DNA of 64,000 nt from Proteromonas lacertae (taxonomy: Eukaryota), in contig NGBS01000003.1 in NCBI GenBank assembly GCA_002245135.1, forward strand, positions 124,001 through 188,000, written 5' to 3'. Numbering within the stretch: position 1 is the first letter of the stretch; every line of letters begins with the position of its first letter. Both the position numbers and the translations under genes were made by a program. Below the pieces are notes generated by a model, which made no database searches, was not told where the DNA came from, and saw nothing but the letters and a program-made list of their open reading frames with translations. Shown here piece after piece: positions 52,679-63,032 of the stretch.

Positions 52679-53770
52679 TTAGATTAATTCTTTTTGTAAA
52701 GTACAAGCTAATCCATAATAATTGTCAAAACAATCACATATTCCTGTTTCTGTAAGACATTTACCATTTCCACCACACACTAATGGAGCAATTCCACTTT
52801 CTACCTTTGCTTCAATTGTAGTAGCAGATAATGTTGCACCATCACCATCAGCAAACATTCCATGATATCCAGGTGCAGATTTCTGTTCTCCAAATTCAGC
52901 ATCCAGATTTAAATGCTTCTTTACCAATTATTCTCATTGGAGTTTGTTTTCCTGTTTGATGTTTACCGAATTTAATAGTAATTGTTTTAGCTGTACTATC
53001 AGCAGTTACACTATCTAAATCTATTACACCTGGTGGTAATGCTCTTAATGCTGTTTCAATTGCAGTTGTATCATGCATTATTAACACTACCACTTGTTGA
53101 TTTAATTTCTACTCTATCAGTATACCATTTTCTTCCTAATTGATCTGTATATTCTATATAACCATAACCGGTATTTGAAGTGGTAAATTCAAATACTTGT
53201 GTAGTTTGTGGTTCACTATCACAGTCACTTACGCTCACATAACCTGTTGGACATTTTCTTTGACTACAATCATATCCAGTCCATTCTTTATCACAAACAC
53301 ATTGAAAACTATGATCTTTATCCCAATACTTGTAATCTTTTGCTTTCCATCCACCATTATTCTCCTTCCAATATCCATTATCGTAATAAGCATCTTCTAA
53401 TACTCGATCTTCTAACTTCAATAAGTTAACAGGAGTACAAACTCCATGATTATTACAGTCATTTGGACATTTTTGTCTTTGACAAGCATTACCTTCATAT
53501 CCATCAAAACAATCACACTCTCCTTTTACTCTATCGCATTTACCTTGACCAGAACATTCTAAAAAAGTTCTTTCACCTTCTCCTAACTTACCATTTGGAT
53601 CAGTGTAAGGTACATCTCTTGGACATAATCTTGAACTACAATCACCTCCTGCTAAAACCAAATGAACATAAACACACACCGTTGTTACAGCTGCCGTGTC
53701 CACTACACATGTTTGGGCATGTGATAGCATAACAGCATATTACTACTGACAATAATAAGATAAACTTCAT
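52679..53770 (-). pseudogene. Tubular mastigoneme protein-like (Ocm1/Sig1-type EGF protein) with three +1 frame breaks; pseudogene, recoded gene or assembly error
   Basis: Signal peptide MKFILLLSVVICCYA; CPNMCSGHGSC, DCSSRLCP, ECSGQGKCDRVKGECDCFDGYEGNACQRQKCPNDCNNHGVC, YWDKD..QCVCD; terminal CGGNGKC...CDCFDNYYGLACTLQ; TGA at 53642, 53071 and 52896. Confidence 0.7.
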
Positions 53771-53910
53771 GATATGAAAAATTCAAAAAAATATGTTGGA
53801 TTTGAAACGAATAATTCGTCAAAATAGATTTGAATATTCTTGTTTTTTGAATGAACTAAACCATCATAACAATCATGTACAAACTAATCTTAAATTATTT
53901 ACATAGTTTA

Positions 53911-55021
53911 TTAATTATTATTCTTTTCTGGCTTGGGTGAAGGATAAACAGGAACAATTTTAGATTTTCCCATCTTGAACGAAGCATTACTGTTTAAATT
54001 AGCACTAGCTTTCATAGACTTACCAGGAGCAAACGATAATTTGCTCAAAGAAGAAACATAAGAAGCATTATAATCAGTTGAAGAGACTGTAGATGAATGA
54101 TGTGCTGATTTCTTAGTCTTAGTGTATTTCAATTCAAATAAACTCAGTATCTGCTCTCTTACAGCAGGTAATTCAGTCACTGCAACATTATAATCTGAAT
54201 GTAATGGTTCAGGAATATTCAATATCCTTCGTTTTAGTGCTTTAGTACAACTTTCATTGAATATCAAAAACCCTTGATCATTAGATCGATTATATCTACA
54301 TCTAATAGTAATAGCTTCTTTTATTTCATCACTTATTATTTGTTTATTTATACAGCTTCGTATTTCCTTTATTGGTCCACTGAATTCAGTATTGATTATA
54401 AACGAATTAATAAAAGTCTCTGATAAATACGCATTCTTTTGATCCTTCGTTAATGATGATGTATAAAATGTTTCAAATGTATTTACACTTCCTTTATCTA
54501 AGCCTAAAAGGTTAAAAAACGTTTCTACATCATCTATTGTTAAAACTGATTTTTCTGTTCCAAAACAGATGAATAATAAAAGGGAAATGAGGGTAATATC
54601 ATCTTCAAAACAAAATATCATTATGAATTGAAAAAATTCTTCTATATCTACCTCCAGAACTATAGATCAAGTAAAATCAAGATAAAATATACAAGATGGT
54701 TCGAAATATTTCCTAATAAATGGTCGATCTGTCATATGCAGCAACATTAACAAGTCCATATATGTTATTGTCTCTTGAGTTCTTCTATCCCAACATTTCA
54801 GAAAGGGCGTTTTAATTAAATTAACCTCATAGTGATTTACTATAAAAATAAATAAAGCAGATTATACGAAAATAATAACTAGCAAGCTTTCGAGATAGAC
54901 TATCTGTTAGAATTGAAGTATCTTTGAATGTATTTCTGTTTTTATGTGATACAAGAGTGTAGAAATCGGTTAACTAAATATTAAAAATCAATTATACCAG
55001 CTGCTCTCGTGAAACAACCAT
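53911..55021 (-). CDS. Hypothetical protein, paralog of the gene at 36608..38080
   Basis: Three introns give a continuous frame from ATG 55021; LNHYEVNLIKTPFLKCW. Confidence 0.7.
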
Positions 55022-55148
55022 TTTTCGTTATTTCAATCAATTTTTCATACACCGATTTAGTTTTGTTTAAAAAACCCAACTACAACAATAAGGCAATAAT
55101 AATATGATTAGATAATCAATAGAATAATTATATTTCAATAATTGCGTA

Positions 55149-56579
55149 TTAATAAGCTGTAGCGTGTGAATTATTATTATATCGAACAGATTTAGTTGAT
55201 GAATAACCAGGAGGAAGAGCATTTCCAGCACTAGCTTTTGCAAGCTGTGGAATTCTATTTGCATTTTTCAGTTCTGTTGGAATGACAACATTCTTTCCAG
55301 AAGGATTATTAATCGAAGGATATGACATACTTTGATAAGTATAAACACCTTGCTGTGCAGGTGAATATATATTCTGTTGTAATTGTTGTTGCTGATAAGA
55401 AGGATGAGTAATATAAGGATGATATACATATCCATAGCCATATTGTTGTTGTTGAGACAAAGGAGGTGATGGTACTTGTTGTTGTTGTTTCAGTAATATC
55501 GGTGGTTTCACTTGTTGTTCTGAAGGTGGTGGTGGTTGAAGAATAATAGTATTATATGGAGATGGTGGAATAACCATTCTATTCACTGGTATATTAAACT
55601 GCCTCTGTTCTACTGGTGATATTGGAATAGGTAATGGTGGTGATAAAGATTTCTTCGGTAATTGTTGTTGTTGAGTTGGTAATGGTATTGATTCTATCAT
55701 ATCTGAATTTTTTATTTCTATTAGACAAGAAATAGGATTATGATCAGAATAAAGATTCATTAATAAATCATCTTGACTTTTACATTTAAACCTTTTTTGC
55801 AAACCAAATATAAAATCAATGGTACATTTCCTCTTTGGAAAACTTTTTAAAGATGTATTTGACATTAAATCATAACCACTTGCTTTTATTGTATTAAATG
55901 TTTCTGAATTTTCTTCAGTATTAAAATCCCCTGTTAATAAGACTGGATAACTATAATCCTTACAATATTCATATATTCTACCTAATAAATGCATTATTTG
56001 AACTCTTCTAGGTTCTTCATTTTCAGCAAATGCTGCTAAATGAACAGTAACAACAACAAAATCTATTTATAATATATTATAATTATTTGTTTATATTATA
56101 CGAATTGATGGCTTATTCCTAAGTGATAAATGTACTAATAATGCGGCAGTACCTGCTTTAACATTGCCATCATTAACTCCTTCAATTGGAGGGAATTCAA
56201 TTGGTTTATAATCTTCATACTTGAAATCTCTCCGATTTAAAAGCTATAACTACACCATCCCTATTGTGGGTATTTCCAAAACAATCTGGCTTTCTCGTGT
56301 AATACGACTCATAACCAAAATCATCCAGAGTAGATTTTAACCACTCATAATAAAAATCAACTTCCTAAACAAATTAAAACTTTTAATATAATATATGCAT
56401 ACCTGAAAACAGTATATATCATGTTTCATATTTTCGAATAATTTCTTATAACTCTTTATTCTTTCTTCAGTCTGTTTATTATATTTATTTCGACTAATTT
56501 ATGTATAAATAAAAATATACGACCAATCAGGGAAGACATTAAAGGTCATAATCTTTATTTCTTCATTCTGTGATGACAT
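55149..56579 (-). CDS. Endonuclease/exonuclease/phosphatase (CCR4/nocturnin-like) with a P/Q-rich tail and one +1 frame break at 56215..56217
   Basis: IKIMTFNV, DIYCFQEVD, DGVVIAFKSERF, VTVHL, LTGDFN, TIDFIF, SDHNPI; three introns. Confidence 0.85.
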
Positions 56580-56868
56580 TATTGCGTTTAATAACTAAAT
56601 ATGATTATTAGAAGTTTAGAAAAAAACAGAGTCCAGAAAATTCTTTGTTAAAATGAAAATGTAATAAATGAAAAGTAATTTACATAAAATAATGTACAAA
56701 AATAAATACAACGATCTTAGCATTTATTCATTCAAAATTAGTTATATTATGCTTCACCCAATCAATTAGCGACAGATGAAGAATATGTGTAAAAACTTCA
56801 AAAATGAATTCAAAATTACATATTTTCTTCTTTTAACACAAAAACTAGTATGACAAGACAAATATAAA

Positions 56869-57240
56869 TTAATCCATGTGGTAAACACTATCTAAAGTAT
56901 ACCAATCTCCTTCTAAAATTGTAGCAAACTTAGCTGTCCATTCTTTCCCTGCTGCTGATGCTCTAAAACCTTTAAGATCTTCTTTTAAATTAGTTCCAGT
57001 ATATCTATTGAGTAAATTAAAAAAGTGAAAATGAAAAAGTCATACTCGAAGTAAGTAAATACTACACCTGCATGATGACCAACAGTATAATTTGCACAGT
57101 GATGTTTATGAAGTTCATCTTTAACTGCAGCTGGCATTGAAGTATATAACTCAGTAAATTGTTTTAAACAGTCTAAAATAGATAGAAGAAAATTAGGTCA
57201 TACTTCCCTTAAGTTTTGATACTTGACAAACTTGCTTCAT
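56869..57240 (-). CDS. L-rhamnose mutarotase (RhaM)-like protein, about 99 aa
   Basis: Absent from the ORF track; introns 57173..57203 and 57005..57045 give MKQVCQVSKLKGNCLKQFTELYTSMPAAVKDELHKHHCANYTVGHHAGVVFTYFEYTGTNLKEDLKGFRASAAGKEWTAKFATILEGDWYTLDSVYHMD. Confidence 0.72.
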
Positions 57241-57414
57241 TGACTTTAAAAAAGAAAAGAAAGAATTTTAATTTGAAACGGTGTAAAAATGACCCAAATT
57301 TACATAATTCATGTAATTTTGATATTTTTCATCAAAACACACACATTCTTAATAAATAATATAATATATTAATATAATATAACTAAGAATAAATAAATTT
57401 CAAAACTATAAATC

Positions 57415-59079
57415 TCAACTATAATAATGTGTCCATCTTTTGTACTGTTTACCTGGAGCTATTGGTTTCTTTGGCTTTACATCTGTATTCAATCCCTTCT
57501 TCGCAGAAGTAACAGGAGAAGTTGGAATAGTAGGAATAGCAGGTAATGACAAATCACCTATCTTCTTAAGCTGTTTAACATTTGCATTCTTTCTCATTTC
57601 TTTCTCTTTCTTAAATTCCAAATTTTTCATCTCACCAGATTCAATAGCATGCAAAGTATCAGCTAATGACGCAGATTTCAACACAACTGGTGCAAATCCA
57701 CCATATCCACTATGCTGAATCATCTTATCTCTACTCTGTCTAAGTCTCTCTAATAGAATATTCAGAAAGTGCTCTCTTTCTTCTCTTGATAAATCACTAA
57801 TGGCAGGAGGTGGGCTTCTATAACTAATAAATGAACTACGAATATCCTCTAAACAGAACATACAGAAAAGAGCCGTTTCATCTAATAATTCATCCCTCTC
57901 TTTTGATTCTTTTTCCATTCTTTTCATTTTAGATTTTATTATATCATTCTCTTTTATATATTTATTCATTTCTTCCTCTAAGTTCTGATTATTATTGTTA
58001 TTATTATTAGATAATGAAGAAGGTGGATAATATGAACAACTAATATTTTCAGATTTACTTTCATTTTCACTTTCTTCTTCTTTTTCTTCTTTTTCATCTA
58101 TTGCAATATCAGGTGGTGGTGGAGGTAATGAATCAACAGATGAAGTTATAGATTTACTACTACTACTATCTGACATTTTACTATTTCTTCTATTTTTATT
58201 ATTATTATTATTGTTTTTCTTCATCATTATTAATTCAGATACTTTCTCAGATTGTGCAATTTTAGTTGCTAATTTTTGATTCTTTTTACATAACAATTTC
58301 TCATTCTCTTTAAATATATCAATCTTACTTTTTAAAGCTTTATTTTCATTCTCTAAGTTACTATTCTTTTCATTTAAATTTCGGATTTGGGAGTTCATTA
58401 ATTGTATTATATTTGTCTTTTCTTCTAATTCATATAATGCTTTCTTTGTAGTTGTTGATAAATTACTGTATTGTAAAGACATTAATTCTTCTTTTTGACT
58501 GTTTAGTTTTCTTAACATTTCTTCATTCATTTTTCTTCGTAGATCCACTAAATCGTGATTTAATTGGTTTACATCATTTTCATGCATTTTCTTTTCATTT
58601 TTTAATTCTTGTTTTGTATCTGATAATTCTTTTTCTAATCTGATTTTGTTTTCTTTGAATTCTTCTAATATTCGTAATTCATTCTTCAGTTTGCTGATTT
58701 TTATTTCCAATTCATCACATTCTGCATAATGGGATTGTCTTAAATCATCCATTTCTTTTTCATGTGCTTTTTCATTATCTTCTATCTCTTTCCTTAGATT
58801 TTCCTTATCCTTATCAAGCATAGCTATTCTTTCAGTGCAATTATCCAGTTGTTTTGTTAAATGGTCAAACATCACCAAATTATCTTCTTCTTTCTTTTTT
58901 AGATTTACATTAAGTATTTTATTTTGTTCTTGAAGAGTCTTTACTTTCGTTCTTAAATCACTAGTTACTTCCCCAATAATAGCATTAGTTAAGTATTCTC
59001 CGGGTTTAAAATCCGATTTAACTTCAGGCAAAGAATTTTCTTCATCCTCGGTTATTTCTTTTGTCTCTTTATCAGCCAT
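57415..59079 (-). CDS. Coiled-coil protein resembling CFAP157
   Basis: Single exon from MADKETKE; LEEFKENKIRLEKEL...HENDVNQL...RKMNEEM...LSTTTKKAL pattern, recognised by eye only. Confidence 0.55.
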   Translation of the reverse strand: MADKETKEITEDEENSLPEVKSDFKPGEYLTNAIIGEVTSDLRTKVKTLQEQNKILNVNLKKKEEDNLVMFDHLTKQLDNCTERIAMLDKDKENLRKEIEDNEKAHEKEMDDLRQSHYAECDELEIKISKLKNELRILEEFKENKIRLEKELSDTKQELKNEKKMHENDVNQLNHDLVDLRRKMNEEMLRKLNSQKEELMSLQYSNLSTTTKKALYELEEKTNIIQLMNSQIRNLNEKNSNLENENKALKSKIDIFKENEKLLCKKNQKLATKIAQSEKVSELIMMKKNNNNNNKNRRNSKMSDSSSSKSITSSVDSLPPPPPDIAIDEKEEKEEESENESKSENISCSYYPPSSLSNNNNNNNQNLEEEMNKYIKENDIIKSKMKRMEKESKERDELLDETALFCMFCLEDIRSSFISYRSPPPAISDLSREEREHFLNILLERLRQSRDKMIQHSGYGGFAPVVLKSASLADTLHAIESGEMKNLEFKKEKEMRKNANVKQLKKIGDLSLPAIPTIPTSPVTSAKKGLNTDVKPKKPIAPGKQYKRWTHYYS

Positions 59080-59230
59080 TTCGAAAAAATAGAAAAAAAA
59101 CTGACAAACTGTCAAGCTTTATTTTTCACAAACCAATATTCAAGCAATCAACTATACGTTTTTATAAATCTTTCTTGATTATCAAGAAATTGATTTTAAG
59201 ATACTTTTTTTGATTTATTTTAATTAAATC

Positions 59231-61049
59231 ATGTTCAGCAAAAAGAAGGCACAAGGTAAAGATGGTATTTTTACTATTGTTATATTCTTTATCTGAATAG
59301 GTGAATTCTCCGAATACAAGGAAGAGTTAAGCAGTTCTAAGTTAGATGTGAAGAAAAGTGCAATCAAAAAGATTATTGGTGCTTTAACAGTTGGTAAAGA
59401 TATGTCACCACTTTTCGTTGATGTAGTAAACTGTATTCAAACAGAAGATATGGAAATGAAGAAGTTGGTCTATCTTTACGTTATTAGTTATGCTGATAAA
59501 AAGCCAGATCTTGCTATTTTGGCTGTATCAACCTTCACAAAGGATGCTGGAAGTGAAAACCCCATCCTAAGAGCTTTAGCCATTCGTACCATGGGTTGCA
59601 TTCGTGTTGAACAAATTGCAGAATATTTATGTGAACCATTAAGAAAGGCTATGGAAGATGAAGATCCATACGTCAGAAAGACAGCTGCAGTCGCTGTAGC
59701 TAAATTATACGATATTACACCAGAAGTTGTAGAAGAGCAAGGTTTCATTGATTCCTTAAAAGAATTAATTTCAGATTCAAATCCAACAGTCGTTTCAAAT
59801 GCAATTGCTGCTTTATCAGAAATTCAAGAAAACTCACCAAATGATGTATTAACCATTGATATCAGAACTTTACAAAAATTATTAGCTGCATTAGATGAAT
59901 GTATTGAATGGGGTCAAATTTACATATTGGATGCATTAGTTGCCTATTCACCACGTACAGCAAGAGAAGCTGAAACTATTGTAGATCGTGTAGCACCCAG
60001 ATTACAAGCTGGTAACAGTGCAATAGTGTTAAGTGCAACAAAAGTCATTTTAAAGATGATGGATTCAATAGAAAATGAAGATACATTGAAATCAATTTCT
60101 AGAAAATTAGCTCCACCATTAGTCTCTTTATTATCATCAGATAAGAATGAAATTCAATATATTGCTTTAAGAAATATAAACTTAATTGTACAGAAAAGAC
60201 CACAAATATTACAAAATGAAATTAAAGTATTCTTCTGTAAATACAACGATCCAATCTTTGTAAAGATGGAGAAATTAGATATTTTAGTCAAATTAGCTAA
60301 ACACAGAAACATTGATCAATTATTGAGTGAGTTTAAGACATATGCAACTGAAGTTGATGTTGATGTAGTAAGATGCAGTGTAAGATGTATTGGTGCTTGT
60401 GCTATTAAGATTGAGAAAGTAGCTGATCGTTGTGTTAAAGCATTATTATCATTAGTTGAAACTAAAGTCCATGTAGTTGTACAAGAATCAATTATTGTGA
60501 TTAGAGATATATTCAGAAGATATCCTAATAAGTATGAATCAATTATTGCTAACTTGTGTGAAAATTTGGATACTTTAGATGAACCAGAAGCTAAAGCTGC
60601 TATGATATGGATTATTGGTGAATATTCTGATAGAATTGATAATGCTGATGAATTATTAGAAATGTTTATGGATAACTTTGATGATGAAGGTTCAAATGTT
60701 CAATTACAAATATTAACAGCTGTAGTAAAGTTATTCTTAATGAAACCAGAAGATACACAAGCTATGGTTACTCAATTATTAGATATGGTTACAAAGGAAG
60801 CTGATAATCCAGATCTTCGAGATAGAGGTTATGTATATTGGAGATTATTATCTAAAGATCCTGAGATTGCCAGATCAGTTGTATTCGCAGAAAGACCAGT
60901 GATTGGTGAAGATATTGGTACTTATGATGCTGAATTATTAGATACTTTATTATTGAATGTTGGTACATTAGCTGCTGTATATCATAAACCTCCAGAGACA
61001 TTTATTAAGAGATTGGATATTCATGAGAAGAGATTGGCTGGTGAAGAAG

Positions 61050-61084
<35 letters not shown>

Positions 61085-62193
61085 TATCTCTCAATGAGGA
61101 TAAACGAATAAACTGAATTATATTAATTTTTATTCAAACAAAAATCTATTATTATCTATGATGGTTACTAGCTTTTCTAAGAGAGAATTATATTATATTT
61201 TTATTTTATATTATATATGCTAATATTATATAGAAGGTGAAGAAGAAGAGGATGAGGAAGAAGAAGAGGAAGATGAAGAAGAGGAGGAAGAGGAAGAACA
61301 AGAAGAGGAAGAGGAGGAGGAGGAAGAAGAAGAAGAGGAAGATGAAGATGATGAAGGATCATCAGAAGCATTACCTCAAATCTGCTCACAGAATGGATTA
61401 GTTGTTAAAGGATCATTCAGTCGTGAAGATGGTCAAACATACTTCAATATGCAATTCGTTAATAAGAGTGGACAAGATCTTAGCCAATTCGCCATTCAAT
61501 TTAATAAGAATACATTTGGATTAAAACCTGATGAAGCTTCTTTCAAATGTAAAGTTGGTAGTGGAGGTAAAGGAAGTTATGATTTACCAGTAAGTGCTGT
61601 TCCTGCTCAAGTTAAACCAGGTGCACCATCTAATGAAGTATATTATTAATTATTAATTATATAAATACATAATGAAAACTCTATGAAAGTTAAAATACTG
61701 ATATAATGAGTCTGATATTTGATGTTACTCTTTTATTACTTGAGAGTTATATTTATTTCTTATACATATATATATATAATTGAATATTTATATTTATATT
61801 CAATAGGTTCAAATCGCTATGAAGACTCAAGTTGGTGTATTAAATATGACAGCTGCTATTCCAATTCACTCCATCTTTGGTGAGAAAGGTCAAATGCCAG
61901 CAGCTGCTTTAGGTAAATTATGGCAATCATCTCCAGATAGTGCTGGTTCAAGAAAGATATTCGCTGTAGGAAAACCATCTAAAGATGCAATTACAAAGAA
62001 ATTACAACAAAACAATATGTTCTTCAGTACTGAATTGAATGGAGCTATGTATTATTCTGCTAAAACTATTACTAATCAACCATTCGCTTTAGAAATTAGA
62101 GTGAAAGGAAGTCAAGCTCAATGTATTATCAAGAGTGCTGCTATTAATCTTTCAAATATATTGAATGAAGAAGTTGAACAAATTTTAGGTTAA
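59231..62193 (+). CDS. AP-1/AP-2 complex beta adaptin
   Basis: [75 protein letters not shown]; introns 59265..59300, 61053..61233 and 61638..61806. Confidence 0.96.
61087..61186 (+). ncRNA. Possible intronic C/D-like snoRNA
   Basis: In a 181-nt intron: terminal stem TCTCTC/GAGAGA, C-like ATGAGGA, CTGA at 61113, ATGATG at 61158; terminal D box is poor. Confidence 0.35.
61677..61748 (+). ncRNA. Intronic C/D box snoRNA, predicted guide for 18S Am99/Am100 (SNORD57/snR51 site)
   Basis: K-turn-shaped ends AACTC-TAT-GA-AAGT...ACTT-GA-GAGTT; guide ACTGATATAATGAGT (61697..61711) directly before CTGA is complementary to 18S GCUCAUUAUAUCAGU (rRNA sequence from memory). Confidence 0.75.
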
Positions 62194-62348
62194 GTTAAAT
62201 AAATAAAGAATATATATATAAATATAACACACAGTTTCTTAATTATTTGAGAATCTATATGTTTTTTTATGGTTTGAATTAATCAATGAAAATACATAAT
62301 CAATATTATTTAAATTATATTCATATATATTCTCATCAATTAACAATA

Positions 62349-62664
62349 CTATGTGCCATCATCTTCTGGAGTTGCTAGAATTGTATTTAAAAAAGCAGGC
62401 ATTGTGGATGGAACAGAAACAGCAAGCCCAATAAAAGCCATTTTCATAATCTAATATAAAATGAATATAATACACTCATTTCATTGGTTTTAATTGTTTT
62501 GCATAGAGATCTAACCATTGCTCTTGGTCTTTCAGACATTTTCACTACAGTTTGATAAGATTTACTAGAAGTATCTAATTTATTAGATTATACCTTTCTT
62601 TAAGTGTAACAACTCGTTTAACACATGTTTTAATAATAGGACTTCTACGAAAGAATCTATTCAT
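62349..62664 (-). CDS. Small spliced hypothetical protein ending ...ATPEDDGT; alternative start at 62757
   Basis: Two GTAT..TAG introns give a continuous frame MNRFFRRSPIIKTC...MAFIGLAVSVPSTMPAFLNTILATPEDDGT. Confidence 0.6.
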
Positions 62665-63032
62665 CACAAAAAAAGCACTTAGAAATGACTAAAAATTATT
62701 TATTCAATATAGTTTTAAATCATTTCTATTTAAAAAATATACTCTTTTGAAATCCATTTTGACATTTCTCTATTTTGTTATATGGTGAATAATGATGTTT
62801 TTAATGATGTTATTTGTTATGTGTAAAACATTTTAAATTAATATAAAGTGATAAATTCAATAATTTTAAAAACTTGTTTAATACTTGATTAAGACGTAGT
62901 TCTTTTGGTGTAAAGTGAATAACGAAATTTATAAACAATAACTCATCGTTGTTTACACGTTAGACATGGTTGTTTTTTAAGCTTGAGAAGGAGCTTGATA
63001 AAACAAATCTTTTGTTTTTTCTTTATTGAATA

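Noticed and set aside
53652..53679. 28-nt intron explaining the first frame break in the mastigoneme-like gene
   Set aside because: The donor GTGTGT is off-consensus and removal would delete conserved EGF cysteines
56150..56220. Intron starting GTATGA to bypass the TGA in the EEP gene
   Set aside because: All nearby AG acceptors give the wrong frame
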